Assembly: GCA_965200315.1 (NCBI GenBank)
Contig: OZ241362.1
Coordinates: 3,808,001-3,872,000, forward strand
Direction of reading: 5' to 3'
Length of the DNA stretch: 64,000 bases
From: Candidatus Latescibacterota bacterium
Lineage (GTDB): Bacteria > Latescibacterota > UBA2968 > UBA8231
Position 1 is the stretch's first letter; the number at the start of each line of letters is the position of its first letter. A model generated the notes under the pieces. That model made no database searches. It worked only from the letters and a program-made list of their open reading frames with translations, and was not told the origin of the DNA. Shown in pieces: positions 49,364 to 58,902 of the stretch. Both the position numbers and the translations under genes were made by a program.

Positions 49364-51193
49364 TCATCGATCTCGCTCCAATCGCGCCAACTGTTGTCGT
49401 GCCTCGGCGTGATCGGGGTCGTGTTGCAAGGCGCTGGCAAAAGCGCCCCGAGCCTCGTCCGCTGAACCATGGCGCACCAACAGCAAGCCCTGCCTATAAA
49501 GAGCTTCCACGTCGCTGGGATCTAGCTCAACACACGCCTGCAAGCTGCGCCAAGCTGGGCGCGGCTGCCCCAATTGCAGATACGCCAGGCCGAGCAAATA
49601 GTAGCTGTCGCGGTGATCGGGGTCGCTGGCCAAGGCGCGCTGGCTGGCAATCACCGCGGCCTGCGGATCGCCAGCTTGGTACGCTACCTTGGCTAGGCCG
49701 TGATGCGCTCGCACGGAAGTAGAATCCGCGCCAAGCGCTTGGGCAAAGAAATGGCGCGCAGAGTCTGGCTGGCCGCTGGCTGCGTACGCCTCGCCTAATA
49801 GACAGTGAATCTCCAGATGACCTGGAGCCAGCGTGCGCGCGCGTTTGAGGACCGAGACGCCTTGGGAGAGTGCATCTTGATACAGATAGACCATGCCCAA
49901 GCGAATGTGCGCCAGTACGTGAGAGGAGTCAGCCGCCACCGCTTGGGCCAGCAGAGTAGCTGCGCGATCCCAAGAGCCGCGATTGGCATTGCGCAGCCCC
50001 TCTTTGTAGTGGCGATCGGCCGCACTTAGCCGCTGGAACTCGGCCGCGGCTGCCGCAGCTTGATCCGGCTGGCCCACCTGCGCGTATGCCAAGCTCAATA
50101 GATAACAGATGCTGTGATCGGCCGGATTTAACTGAAGAGCACGTTCCAAGGCAACGACTGCTTCGGGATGACGCTGCTCCTTGGTATAGACGCCGGCCAA
50201 ATCGACGAGGGCCGCTGCGTTCTTCGGCTCCAAGGCCAAGACCCTTTTAAGCCCGGTCTCAGCCGCAGCCAAATCGCCGCTGCGGGCGAGCAAGTCGCTA
50301 CGCCGGTACAAGGCTTTGGCATGGTCGGGTTGTAGTGTGAGCACCGCACCGTACGCGGTCAAAGCCCCCTCAAAGTCCGCCAAAGATCGACGTACCTCTC
50401 CGAGGCGAAAGTGGTAGTGGGGCTGGTCCGCACTCCGTTCAATGGCCCGCTGAAAACAAACTGCCGCGCCCTCGTACTGGTGCTGCATCTGCAAGGCGGT
50501 GCCTAATGAGTAGTGAAAGTCGGCCTTTTCCGGCGCTAGGGCTACGGCCCGTTCAAACGCGGATGCGGCCCGTTCGTTTTCATCCAAGCGGGCATGGGCC
50601 AACCCCATATAGAAGTGCGTCTGTGCGAGGTCTGGAGCATGCGCGGCCGCTCGTTCCAGCACGGCGAGGGCCTTGCGGTGGCGGCCTTGCTTGAGCAACG
50701 CTCCCCCGCGCTGACTCAACAGGCCCCCCCACTGCTGGCCCTTGTGCACCAGCAATGAATCTGGCAACGCCCGTTCCAGCGGATCGGGATAGACGCGCAC
50801 CTCGTGGCCGCGCCGTTCTCGCAAGCTCGCCAACAAAGCCCCGCGCTCGCCCTTCATTAGGGCGGCTGGGTACTGATTTTGGTAATAAGCGCGGATCTCT
50901 TCTGTGGCTAGCTCGGTGCTGTCCAAGCCCTGAGCACGGGCCTCCGCCAGCAATAAATAGCGATCTATGATGAGCTGGAGGTATTGGCGTCTAACCGCTG
51001 CCGCATCTTGGGCTCGGACTGCATCCAATAGGCTGAGGGCTTCGGCTGGAAGCTGTGCAACGTAAGTGCGCAACGCGTCGGCCTCAATCCGGTGCGGACC
51101 AAGCTCGGCGACGACGGGTGCGTCGGCCGGCTTACACGCTGGCAGCAGGCCGGCCCAAACGACCCACCACAGCGCACCCCTTCCCCAGTGCAT
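49364..51193 (-). CDS. TPR lipoprotein with SurA/PrsA-like N-terminal segment
   Basis: LLPAC lipobox; VVAELG..LLLAEARAQGLD; more than ten TPR repeats. Confidence 0.75.
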   Translation of the reverse strand: MHWGRGALWWVVWAGLLPACKPADAPVVAELGPHRIEADALRTYVAQLPAEALSLLDAVRAQDAAAVRRQYLQLIIDRYLLLAEARAQGLDSTELATEEIRAYYQNQYPAALMKGERGALLASLRERRGHEVRVYPDPLERALPDSLLVHKGQQWGGLLSQRGGALLKQGRHRKALAVLERAAAHAPDLAQTHFYMGLAHARLDENERAASAFERAVALAPEKADFHYSLGTALQMQHQYEGAAVCFQRAIERSADQPHYHFRLGEVRRSLADFEGALTAYGAVLTLQPDHAKALYRRSDLLARSGDLAAAETGLKRVLALEPKNAAALVDLAGVYTKEQRHPEAVVALERALQLNPADHSICYLLSLAYAQVGQPDQAAAAAAEFQRLSAADRHYKEGLRNANRGSWDRAATLLAQAVAADSSHVLAHIRLGMVYLYQDALSQGVSVLKRARTLAPGHLEIHCLLGEAYAASGQPDSARHFFAQALGADSTSVRAHHGLAKVAYQAGDPQAAVIASQRALASDPDHRDSYYLLGLAYLQLGQPRPAWRSLQACVELDPSDVEALYRQGLLLVRHGSADEARGAFASALQHDPDHAEARQQLARLERDR

Positions 51194-51198
51194 CTGAA

Positions 51199-53331
51199 TC
51201 AATAGACGAGCGAGATAGTGCCGACCCGGCTCGCGGTCTCTGCGTCCGTATCCAGTGAGATGCGGTAGATATAGTGGCCCGGAGGCACCGGCTGACCCGC
51301 ATCGTCGCGGCCATCCCACACGGGCACGGCTGCACCGCGGTCGAACAAGCCTCGAATCGCGCTTAGGTGCTTTAGCCGGCGCACCGGACGGCCAGCCAGA
51401 TCGTAGATGCCAACAATCAGATCGCGCTGCACCGACACATCGTGTAACTGAAAACGAAATTCGGCCGCGTCGTTGAGGCCATCGCCGTTGGGGGTAAATG
51501 GATTGGGCGCGACGCGAACTTGCGCGAGTGGATTCGCGCCCAATTCGTCGGTGCGCACCCCAAGGGAATTGCCCGGAAAGTCGATGTTTGCGTCCCCGGG
51601 GGCAATGAGTTGTTTGACGCCGTCGCTCTCGCTGTCGAAGACCCAGCCTTGGAATTGGGTTCCATAGCGCACCACGTGGGTAGCGAACTCTACCTCAATG
51701 AGCTTGAACGTGTCGCTCGTGCCCGCCAGCTTGGGCAGGGCCACGACGATGCGGTCGTCGAGAATTTCGACCGGAAAGTCGCTGCCCAAGGCGACGCCAT
51801 CAACGCGCACGGCATGCACGGCCTCGGCGCGGGTCAGCGTGAAAATTTCCAGCCGATCAAAGCCCGTGTCGCTCGGATCAAAGGTTGGGCGCACGCTATA
51901 AGTGAAGTCCGTGCTCTCGCTGCGCGAGACGTCCTGAGGCCAGATCTCCCCGACGACCTCTAAAGCGGCTGGCGGTGCGAACTGAATCTCCAACTCGCGC
52001 AGCGCACCGGCTTGGTACAGGCTCGATAAGAAGATGACCTGAATTTGCAAATAGCGCTCGGGGCCGGGCGAGAGAATGGGAGTGCCGTCCACCCACGCTG
52101 ACACCTCTGCGGTAGAATCGCGCTGACCGGCCGTCAGCGCGTAGGGAGCCGACCAGAAACTCCAGTTTTCTTCGTCGAGGGTCGTAAAGCGCACGGACAA
52201 ATCGGCGCGTTCAAACTCCTTGCGGATTAGCTGCGTCGGCTCGCCTTCTATGTTGCTCGGCACCCAGTACAAATTGGGGTCTGGATCGCGGCCCGAGCGA
52301 GTGCGAATAATCACACTAGACCCCTCCTCAAACGCGCCGTCCCAGCGGATCTTGCCCCACGCCATGGGCGTACCAAAGTCGAGCACGGCCGTGGTGTACA
52401 CGGCGCGTTCGACAAAGCCCTCGCCGAAGATCTCGAGTTCGGCGATTTCCCAGTTTTCAATCGGGTTGAGCGGGCGCACAGCCACCCACTGGAATTGCTG
52501 GGTTGGGAAGCGGACATCGACGATTGGGTCCAAATTTTCGGTTTCCCTGCTCAGCGTAATCAGCCGCGGGTCGTTGGGCGGGTCCACGCGACGGCTGCTT
52601 ATCCGGGTGAACCAGCGGTTCGAGGGAGTGCTCAGATAGCAGTGAGAAGCAAAGTTGTTGAAGCTGTTGGCCGCCGAGACCTCGTACCACGGCAGAAAGT
52701 TCTCGGTAAAATCCTCCTCGGCCAAGTTTTCCTTGGCCAAGCGCGGCTCTCCCATCACCTCGAGCAGTTCGTCGATTTTGGGGTTGGCAGTGCCCAGCCG
52801 CGGGTAGAAGCGGATCCGATTGATAGGATAGTTGACGCCTAGTTCGACAATCGAATTCTGGACGTACAACCGACTCTGGATCCCGCTGCTTTCGCTGGTG
52901 CTGACGTTGAAAAACGCCGCCGTGTTGGGATCGCCATCGAACATGGGCGCAACCTGCACCAATTGGGTGGAGATGTCGCTGCAGCTCCCGCTGGTGGTGA
53001 TGTTGTTGGAAATGCCGCGGGCAATGCGCGTGCGGACATCGGGATGCGCTAAGTTCAAGTCTGGCGGCACGAAAAACGGGCGCATCCACTGCCCATTGTC
53101 CGCATCGACGATCTCGTTGAGCGTGTCTTCCCAAGTGGCGTACTCGATATTAGAAGCCACCGGTCGCATCTCGAGCGGCAGGCCCGCAGAATCGAGCACT
53201 GCGTAGTGGCCCGGCTCAAAAGACAGAGCCGTCGTCCAAGCATTACCGTCCTCGCCGCCGAGTTTGTACGCGTTGAAAGCAAGGGCCGGCGGGACAACCA
53301 GTGCGCCGAGCAAAAGACCAACAAAGAGCAT
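51199..53331 (-). CDS. Large secreted protein with C-terminal CHU_C/FlgD-Ig-like domain (paralog A)
   Basis: Signal peptide; INRIRFYPR, FGEGF, PNPFTPNGDGLND, IYDLAGR, WDGRD..G..VPPG.Y. Confidence 0.82.
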   Translation of the reverse strand: MLFVGLLLGALVVPPALAFNAYKLGGEDGNAWTTALSFEPGHYAVLDSAGLPLEMRPVASNIEYATWEDTLNEIVDADNGQWMRPFFVPPDLNLAHPDVRTRIARGISNNITTSGSCSDISTQLVQVAPMFDGDPNTAAFFNVSTSESSGIQSRLYVQNSIVELGVNYPINRIRFYPRLGTANPKIDELLEVMGEPRLAKENLAEEDFTENFLPWYEVSAANSFNNFASHCYLSTPSNRWFTRISSRRVDPPNDPRLITLSRETENLDPIVDVRFPTQQFQWVAVRPLNPIENWEIAELEIFGEGFVERAVYTTAVLDFGTPMAWGKIRWDGAFEEGSSVIIRTRSGRDPDPNLYWVPSNIEGEPTQLIRKEFERADLSVRFTTLDEENWSFWSAPYALTAGQRDSTAEVSAWVDGTPILSPGPERYLQIQVIFLSSLYQAGALRELEIQFAPPAALEVVGEIWPQDVSRSESTDFTYSVRPTFDPSDTGFDRLEIFTLTRAEAVHAVRVDGVALGSDFPVEILDDRIVVALPKLAGTSDTFKLIEVEFATHVVRYGTQFQGWVFDSESDGVKQLIAPGDANIDFPGNSLGVRTDELGANPLAQVRVAPNPFTPNGDGLNDAAEFRFQLHDVSVQRDLIVGIYDLAGRPVRRLKHLSAIRGLFDRGAAVPVWDGRDDAGQPVPPGHYIYRISLDTDAETASRVGTISLVY

Positions 53332-53455
53332 ATCCCGACCTCGACAACTTTTAAGGGGTGGGGGGCGTGAGTGCAACATACTAAAAAAAAACTCGCTATG
53401 CACTCTTTTGGCTAGGGTCTATATTAGCATGTCCATCTCTAATAGTCAGGTTTTT

Positions 53456-56134
53456 ATGCCTTATCGGCTCGTGGTGGGCATTCTCTGGGGCCTCCTAGCG
53501 CTCGGGACCGACCTGCTGGCACTCGATACCCTACGCGTGGGCAACAACGGCAACGTTTCTTGGGCCGGGCAAACCTTCGGCTCAGCCGTGCAGCCGCTCT
53601 CCGCCGAATACAAGGTCAGTCGGTTCTTCACCGAGGTCGGCAATGTACCGGGCAACGTCATCGACTTGTCCAACCTAGCGGTGGTAAGCCCCCAAGTGCT
53701 GGTCAAGACCCTCATCCAAGCACCGCCCGAATTGCTTTCCGGGGAAGTGGCCCTAGCAGAGGAAAAGCTGCTAGACGCAGTCTCGGCCCTGCCGGGAGTG
53801 ACGGCGATTACGCCTTCTCAGCGCGAGGGGCTCTCCCTGATTCGCATTGATCTTGCGGACGACATCCTTCTCGACGAGGCCGTGGCACAGGTTGCCGCCG
53901 CACTAGCGCCGGTGCGTTCGACCGGCGTTGATCCGCTCATTCTGCCGGTCTTGTTAAGCCCGGATCACGTCGTCCGCGGTGAAAACGTGGCCCTGCGCGC
54001 CCTCGGATGGGGCGGCGGCATTACGGCACCGGCCATCAAGGACGTGCCCGCATCTACTCTGGAGGAGACTCTGCTGGAGCTAATCGAGCCGGGCGGAGCC
54101 GAAGACGCGTTCGCCCGCAAGGGGGCTTTTGGGGCCTTGGGCACCTTTATCGTCCTCGATCTCGGCAGTCCCATTGGCATCAACCGAATCCGCTTCTATC
54201 CGCGCAACACCGTGCAGAACGCACCCCAATACCCCTTTCAGACGGATTTTATCCGCCAGTTCGAGTTGCTCGCCCACGACGGGCAAGAGCTCGTCTTAGA
54301 CGGCACCGGACGCCTCGTGCCCCAGCTCGACGACTTCGAGATGCTGCTGAAGACCTCGGCCAACGAAGAGTCGGTAGTAGAAGTGGTGATTGACCCCGCC
54401 GAAACCGCACGCTTTGTGCGGCTCAAATCCACGTCCTCCTTCCCCTATGAAATCGACGAGTTTGAGGTTTTCGGCGAGGGCTTTATCGGCACCAGCCGCT
54501 ACATCTCCCACGTGTACGACTTGGGTGCGCCGGCTACTTGGGGGAATATAAGTTGGCGCGAAAAAATCGTGGATTTGCGCGTCCGCAGCGATCTAACCGG
54601 ACCCGCTCCCCAAGCCAGCGCCTGCCGCATCGAATCCGCGGTGTTCATCAAGCCCGACGACATCCCAAGCGACTACGGCGACTGCGCCCCAACGTCGCGT
54701 TTTACCGATGATCAAGGCTACACCAACGTGTACGAGTGCTTCCAGACCCACTGCGGCGAGGCCGTGCTGCCGGGCCGCCAGCAAAGTGCTGAGCCAACAA
54801 CCAACGAACCCGCGCACCCGTTGGGGCGCACCAACGACGTCTCCGAGATCATCGTCCGCACTCGCACGGGGACCGATCCGACCCCGGTGCTCTACAAGCG
54901 CGGCAACGTGCAGCGCGTGTCAGACGACCAACTCGGCACCTCCATCGACTCCCCGGGCGAACAGCTCGCACGCGACGAATATCTCGATCTCGAGCCTGAT
55001 CTCGAAGCCGTACCTCCGCAGGTTTGGGGCAAGGGAGCAATCGAAGAGGACCTGCAAAACTGGAGTCCCTGGTCGTCGCCCCATCAAGGGGGGGAACGAG
55101 AGGGCGGCACACCGGTTTTATCGCCAGGGCCGCGTCGCTACATCCAGTTTTCAGTCGATTTCCGCAACAGCGAAATCAACGCCACTAAGGCACTGGAACA
55201 GCTAGCCATTGAATACTTGCTGCCGCCGATAGCCGAGGAACTCGTCGCCGAGATTTTCCCACGGGAAGTGGAGGTCTTTGAATCGGTGGATTTCACCTAT
55301 GCCGTGCGTGCTAAAATGGAGTTTGAGGGTGTCAAGGGGTTCGACACCTTTGAACTATTGACCTCTAACCGAGTGCTGGGCATCGACAAAATCGAAATCT
55401 GGGAACTCCCCGACCGACTAGTGACAGAGCAGGCCCTGAACGCCGACATCGTGACGGCTCCCAATGGTCAAGCGGCGGTCCAAACATCCGATGGCACCCA
55501 ACACGCCCTGCCCTACACGGTAGAATCCGCCGATGGCGGCTCCTTTGTCATCCAAGCGGTAACCGAGCGCAACGCGATCGTGCGCTTTCCCCAAATCACC
55601 CGGCCAGCCGATGGCGGCCAGATGCTGCTAAAAATCAAGTTCCGCGGGCGCGTACTGCTGTACAGCACCTTGTTTCGCGGGCAGGCCGTGCTCTCGTCGC
55701 AGGCCGGCAGCATCCAGCGCATCTCCGCCGGCAACGCCGACTTCTTAGGGGAAGGCGACCTGCCCACGGCCTCTGGAATCACCGTGCTGAGCCCAGACAT
55801 CACCAAGGGCGACCTGTTCGGCTCCTTTGCCATCGAACCGAGCGTGTTCACCCCCAATGGCGACGCCATAAACGACGCCGCGACCATCGGCTACGACATC
55901 CTCGCGGTGACCCGACCAACCTCCGTAGAAGTACAGGTCTTTGACCTGTCTGGCCGCCTCGTAAAGTCGCTCTACTCAGGAGCTGAGCTGAGCGGGCACT
56001 ACGACCACCTGTCTTGGGATGGACGCGACGCCGACGGCAACCGGGTGCCGCCGGGGCTGTACTTGGTATCGCTTTCCGTAGATGGCGACGCACGTCAGAC
56101 GCGCAGGGTGCGCACGGTAGGCGTGGCGTATTGA
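53456..56134 (+). CDS. Large secreted protein with C-terminal CHU_C/FlgD-Ig-like domain (paralog B)
   Basis: Same motif series as paralog A; FTPNGDAIND, VFDLSGR, WDGRD..G..VPPGLY. Confidence 0.82.
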   Translation: MPYRLVVGILWGLLALGTDLLALDTLRVGNNGNVSWAGQTFGSAVQPLSAEYKVSRFFTEVGNVPGNVIDLSNLAVVSPQVLVKTLIQAPPELLSGEVALAEEKLLDAVSALPGVTAITPSQREGLSLIRIDLADDILLDEAVAQVAAALAPVRSTGVDPLILPVLLSPDHVVRGENVALRALGWGGGITAPAIKDVPASTLEETLLELIEPGGAEDAFARKGAFGALGTFIVLDLGSPIGINRIRFYPRNTVQNAPQYPFQTDFIRQFELLAHDGQELVLDGTGRLVPQLDDFEMLLKTSANEESVVEVVIDPAETARFVRLKSTSSFPYEIDEFEVFGEGFIGTSRYISHVYDLGAPATWGNISWREKIVDLRVRSDLTGPAPQASACRIESAVFIKPDDIPSDYGDCAPTSRFTDDQGYTNVYECFQTHCGEAVLPGRQQSAEPTTNEPAHPLGRTNDVSEIIVRTRTGTDPTPVLYKRGNVQRVSDDQLGTSIDSPGEQLARDEYLDLEPDLEAVPPQVWGKGAIEEDLQNWSPWSSPHQGGEREGGTPVLSPGPRRYIQFSVDFRNSEINATKALEQLAIEYLLPPIAEELVAEIFPREVEVFESVDFTYAVRAKMEFEGVKGFDTFELLTSNRVLGIDKIEIWELPDRLVTEQALNADIVTAPNGQAAVQTSDGTQHALPYTVESADGGSFVIQAVTERNAIVRFPQITRPADGGQMLLKIKFRGRVLLYSTLFRGQAVLSSQAGSIQRISAGNADFLGEGDLPTASGITVLSPDITKGDLFGSFAIEPSVFTPNGDAINDAATIGYDILAVTRPTSVEVQVFDLSGRLVKSLYSGAELSGHYDHLSWDGRDADGNRVPPGLYLVSLSVDGDARQTRRVRTVGVAY

Positions 56135-56158
56135 GGGAACCGGCGAATGGGATAGAAT

Positions 56159-56362
56159 ATGCCTACGGTCCCCCATCGCTTTCACTTTCTATCAAGTGAT
56201 CGAACCGAACCACCGCACGTTCATGTGAAGCGAGATAATGGATTTGCCAAGTTCTGGCTGAACCCTGTACAATTGCAAAAAAGCGACAACTTTACCGCAA
56301 GGGAACGTCGCATCATTCACAGGATGGTTGAACAAAATCAAGCAGCATTTCTGGAGGCTTAG
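56159..56362 (+). pseudogene. DUF4160 family gene, degraded
   Basis: EPPHVHV..AKFWL.PV; premature TAG where W is expected (LEA*CDYFDD); N-terminus looks shortened. Confidence 0.7.
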
Positions 56363-56363
56363 T

Positions 56364-56700
56364 GTGACTACTTCGATGATTGAATTAGAAGTGCCCGATG
56401 CAAAGAGCATTGCGGTTACAGAAGCTAAACTCACCGTCGAGCTTGCAGACGGTCGCATGATCTCCGTTCCGCTAGCTTGGTACCCGCGGCTCGTCCACGC
56501 GACACCAGCCGAACGCAACAATTGGGAGTTGATCGCTGCGAACCGCCACATCCACTCGGAAGATTTGGACGAGGACATTAGCGTGGAAGGGCTGCTGGCG
56601 GGCCGTCGCTCCGGGGAGAGCGAGGCTTCGTTCAAACGCTGGCTCGAAGCGAACGGGACGGGGCGTCGCGCTCTACGAACTCGGACGTGCCAAACGCTAG
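56364..56700 (+). pseudogene. DUF2442 family gene with a probable 3' frameshift
   Basis: LADGR.ISVPLAWYPRL..AT..ER..W..DLDEDISVEGLL; shifted frame ends GRGVALYELGRAKR* at 56700. Confidence 0.7.
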
Positions 56701-58898
56701 CGCCCACTTCCCCTCAACTGCCCTTCCCACTGCTCTCTAAGCTGCTCAAAAATCTCCGCCGAGCGTCCCTCTCGGTAGTACTCTGTAAACTGCTCTAAGT
56801 GCTGCACTCCTTTGAGCGTATCTCCCAAAACCATGTACAAATGGCCGGCCAAGCGGTTGCCCTGATAGTGCTCTGGCTGAACGGCCAAAATAGCCTGCAC
56901 CTGTTCCATCGCGGCCGCAGCGCGGTGCTCGACGATATACTGGGTGGCCAATAGCAAGCGGGCATCGACCGCGTCCGAGTTGCGGGCAATCACTTGCTGC
57001 AAATGGAGCTTGGCTTCCTCGGCTTGGTTGGCAAAAAAGAGCAAGCGAGCCAAGCGGTAGCGCGCCGCAGCGTCCAGCGAATCCGCCGCTAGGATCTGCC
57101 GGTATTCGGCGCGTGCTGCATCCAAGCGTTCCAACTGCTCGTATAGCTCGCCCAATTGCAGGCGCGCCTGTAGTGAATCCGGCTTAGCAGCTACGAGCTC
57201 CTCATACGCGACCGCAGCTTGCCCCAACTGCCCCAACTGAGCGTGGGCATAACCGAGCCGCCCGTAGAGATCCGCCGCGTCCGCATCTTCGGCACTCAAC
57301 AGGCCCTCGTATGCAGTGATCGCTTCGGCATAGCGACCGGTTCGCAAATAGACGTTTCCCAGCGCCAGCCGCGCCCGCGACACTTCGGGAAAGCGGCCGA
57401 TGAATTCGCCGTATGCAGCAGTGGCCCGGTTGTACTCGCCGCTCCGGGCATACAGAGAGGCCAAGTTGAAACGCGCCCACTTGATATCCGGGTCGAGAGC
57501 CAGCGCTTGCTCATAAGCGGCCACAGCATTGATGGGCAGACCCTTTTTCTCGTACACATAGCCCAGTCGATAATGCGTCTGGGCATCGCCCTCCACATTC
57601 ATCCCTCCCACGCGAAAATTGCACGCGACCGCCAACAGAGATGCGACACCGCAACCAATGAGTAGGTCTCGGTACGCTCCCCGTCGCCCCAGCAGGTAGA
57701 GCTCCCGACCACCATACGCGGCAAATATCAGTAGGATGGGGACCACAGGCAGGCGATAGCGTGCGCTAATAAAAAAAGCCACCACCGTCAGCATGTACGC
57801 ACCGGCGAACAAGGCGAGCAACAGGGGTTCGGGGCGGCGCAGCAAGCCGCTCCGATAGCTCAAGCCCAACCCCAGCAGCGCGAGCGGTGCCAGCAGCCCA
57901 AAGGGGAAGGCCACGCCGTACTTCCAAAGCAAGACTTGCAGCAACGGCGCGTACTGGCGGGCAAAGTACAGGTCCTGATTGCGGCCAATCTCGTCGCCAT
58001 GCCAAAACAGATACAGCTTGTACAGCAGCAGCTTCAGGTAGGCAAAAGGCTGATGAAAAATAAAATCCCAAGCCTCGGCAAAGAAAAAGCGGGATTGGGC
58101 CGAAGGCTGGGTCGCGTCGGCTTCCACGCGCGGCCGCGCAGTCAATTCCAGCCACGCCGGCCCCGGCTGGATCGCCACGGTCTCGTCGTACTGGGCGTTG
58201 TTGCCAATGTAAAAATTAAGACCCGCGTTGGAAGAAATAAGCACCCAATCGCCGCCCACATAGTAGTTGCGCAAGGTGACCGGCGCGATGGCCAAAGCGG
58301 TCCCCAACAACAGCACACACACCCCCACTAGCCGGCCGCGACGCGCCCATACCAACCACAGCGCAGCCACCGGCACAAACGCCAGCACATTAGCCACACA
58401 TAGCGCGGAAAGGCCGAAGATAAACCCGGGCAGCAGAAGCCGCTGCGGCCGCCCCTGGGCCGCCCATAGCAGTGCCCATAGCGCGAGCAGGTTTAGAACC
58501 AGCGCAAGGACCGGCGGCAGCAACTCGGCCTCAAAGAAGATGAAAGGCCCATAGCAAGCGGCTAGTCCGGCCGCTAGATAGCCTACGGCGGGAGAAAAGA
58601 CGCACCCCAAGCGAAAAATCAGCAGGCACAGCGTGGCCCCCAGCGCGGCTTGGACTAACCGCGGCAGGGTAAAACTCGGCTCAAAAAGCGCGTAGAGCGC
58701 ACCGAGAAAATGCGGGTAGAGCGGAGGTTGCCAAAAGGGCTGATCGCCGAAGTGGCCGAGGGCCATAGCGGCAGCCGCTTGGGTATAGGTCTTGGCATCA
58801 ACGAGGGGAAAATCGTAGAACGGGCTGCGCTGGCTCTGGATGATGTACAATAGCCGCAGCGCAAAGGCCGCGCCCCAGATGAGCGCGAGTTTTCCCAC
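56697..58898 (-). CDS. GT-C (ArnT/PMT-like) membrane glycosyltransferase fused to TPR repeats
   Basis: LVDAKTY, QPPLYP.FL, many TM helices, RNY..NFYIGNN, RYRLP, C-terminal TPRs. Confidence 0.82.
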   Translation of the reverse strand: MGKLALIWGAAFALRLLYIIQSQRSPFYDFPLVDAKTYTQAAAAMALGHFGDQPFWQPPLYPHFLGALYALFEPSFTLPRLVQAALGATLCLLIFRLGCVFSPAVGYLAAGLAACYGPFIFFEAELLPPVLALVLNLLALWALLWAAQGRPQRLLLPGFIFGLSALCVANVLAFVPVAALWLVWARRGRLVGVCVLLLGTALAIAPVTLRNYYVGGDWVLISSNAGLNFYIGNNAQYDETVAIQPGPAWLELTARPRVEADATQPSAQSRFFFAEAWDFIFHQPFAYLKLLLYKLYLFWHGDEIGRNQDLYFARQYAPLLQVLLWKYGVAFPFGLLAPLALLGLGLSYRSGLLRRPEPLLLALFAGAYMLTVVAFFISARYRLPVVPILLIFAAYGGRELYLLGRRGAYRDLLIGCGVASLLAVACNFRVGGMNVEGDAQTHYRLGYVYEKKGLPINAVAAYEQALALDPDIKWARFNLASLYARSGEYNRATAAYGEFIGRFPEVSRARLALGNVYLRTGRYAEAITAYEGLLSAEDADAADLYGRLGYAHAQLGQLGQAAVAYEELVAAKPDSLQARLQLGELYEQLERLDAARAEYRQILAADSLDAAARYRLARLLFFANQAEEAKLHLQQVIARNSDAVDARLLLATQYIVEHRAAAAMEQVQAILAVQPEHYQGNRLAGHLYMVLGDTLKGVQHLEQFTEYYREGRSAEIFEQLREQWEGQLRGSGR

Positions 58899-58902
58899 CT
58901 CG

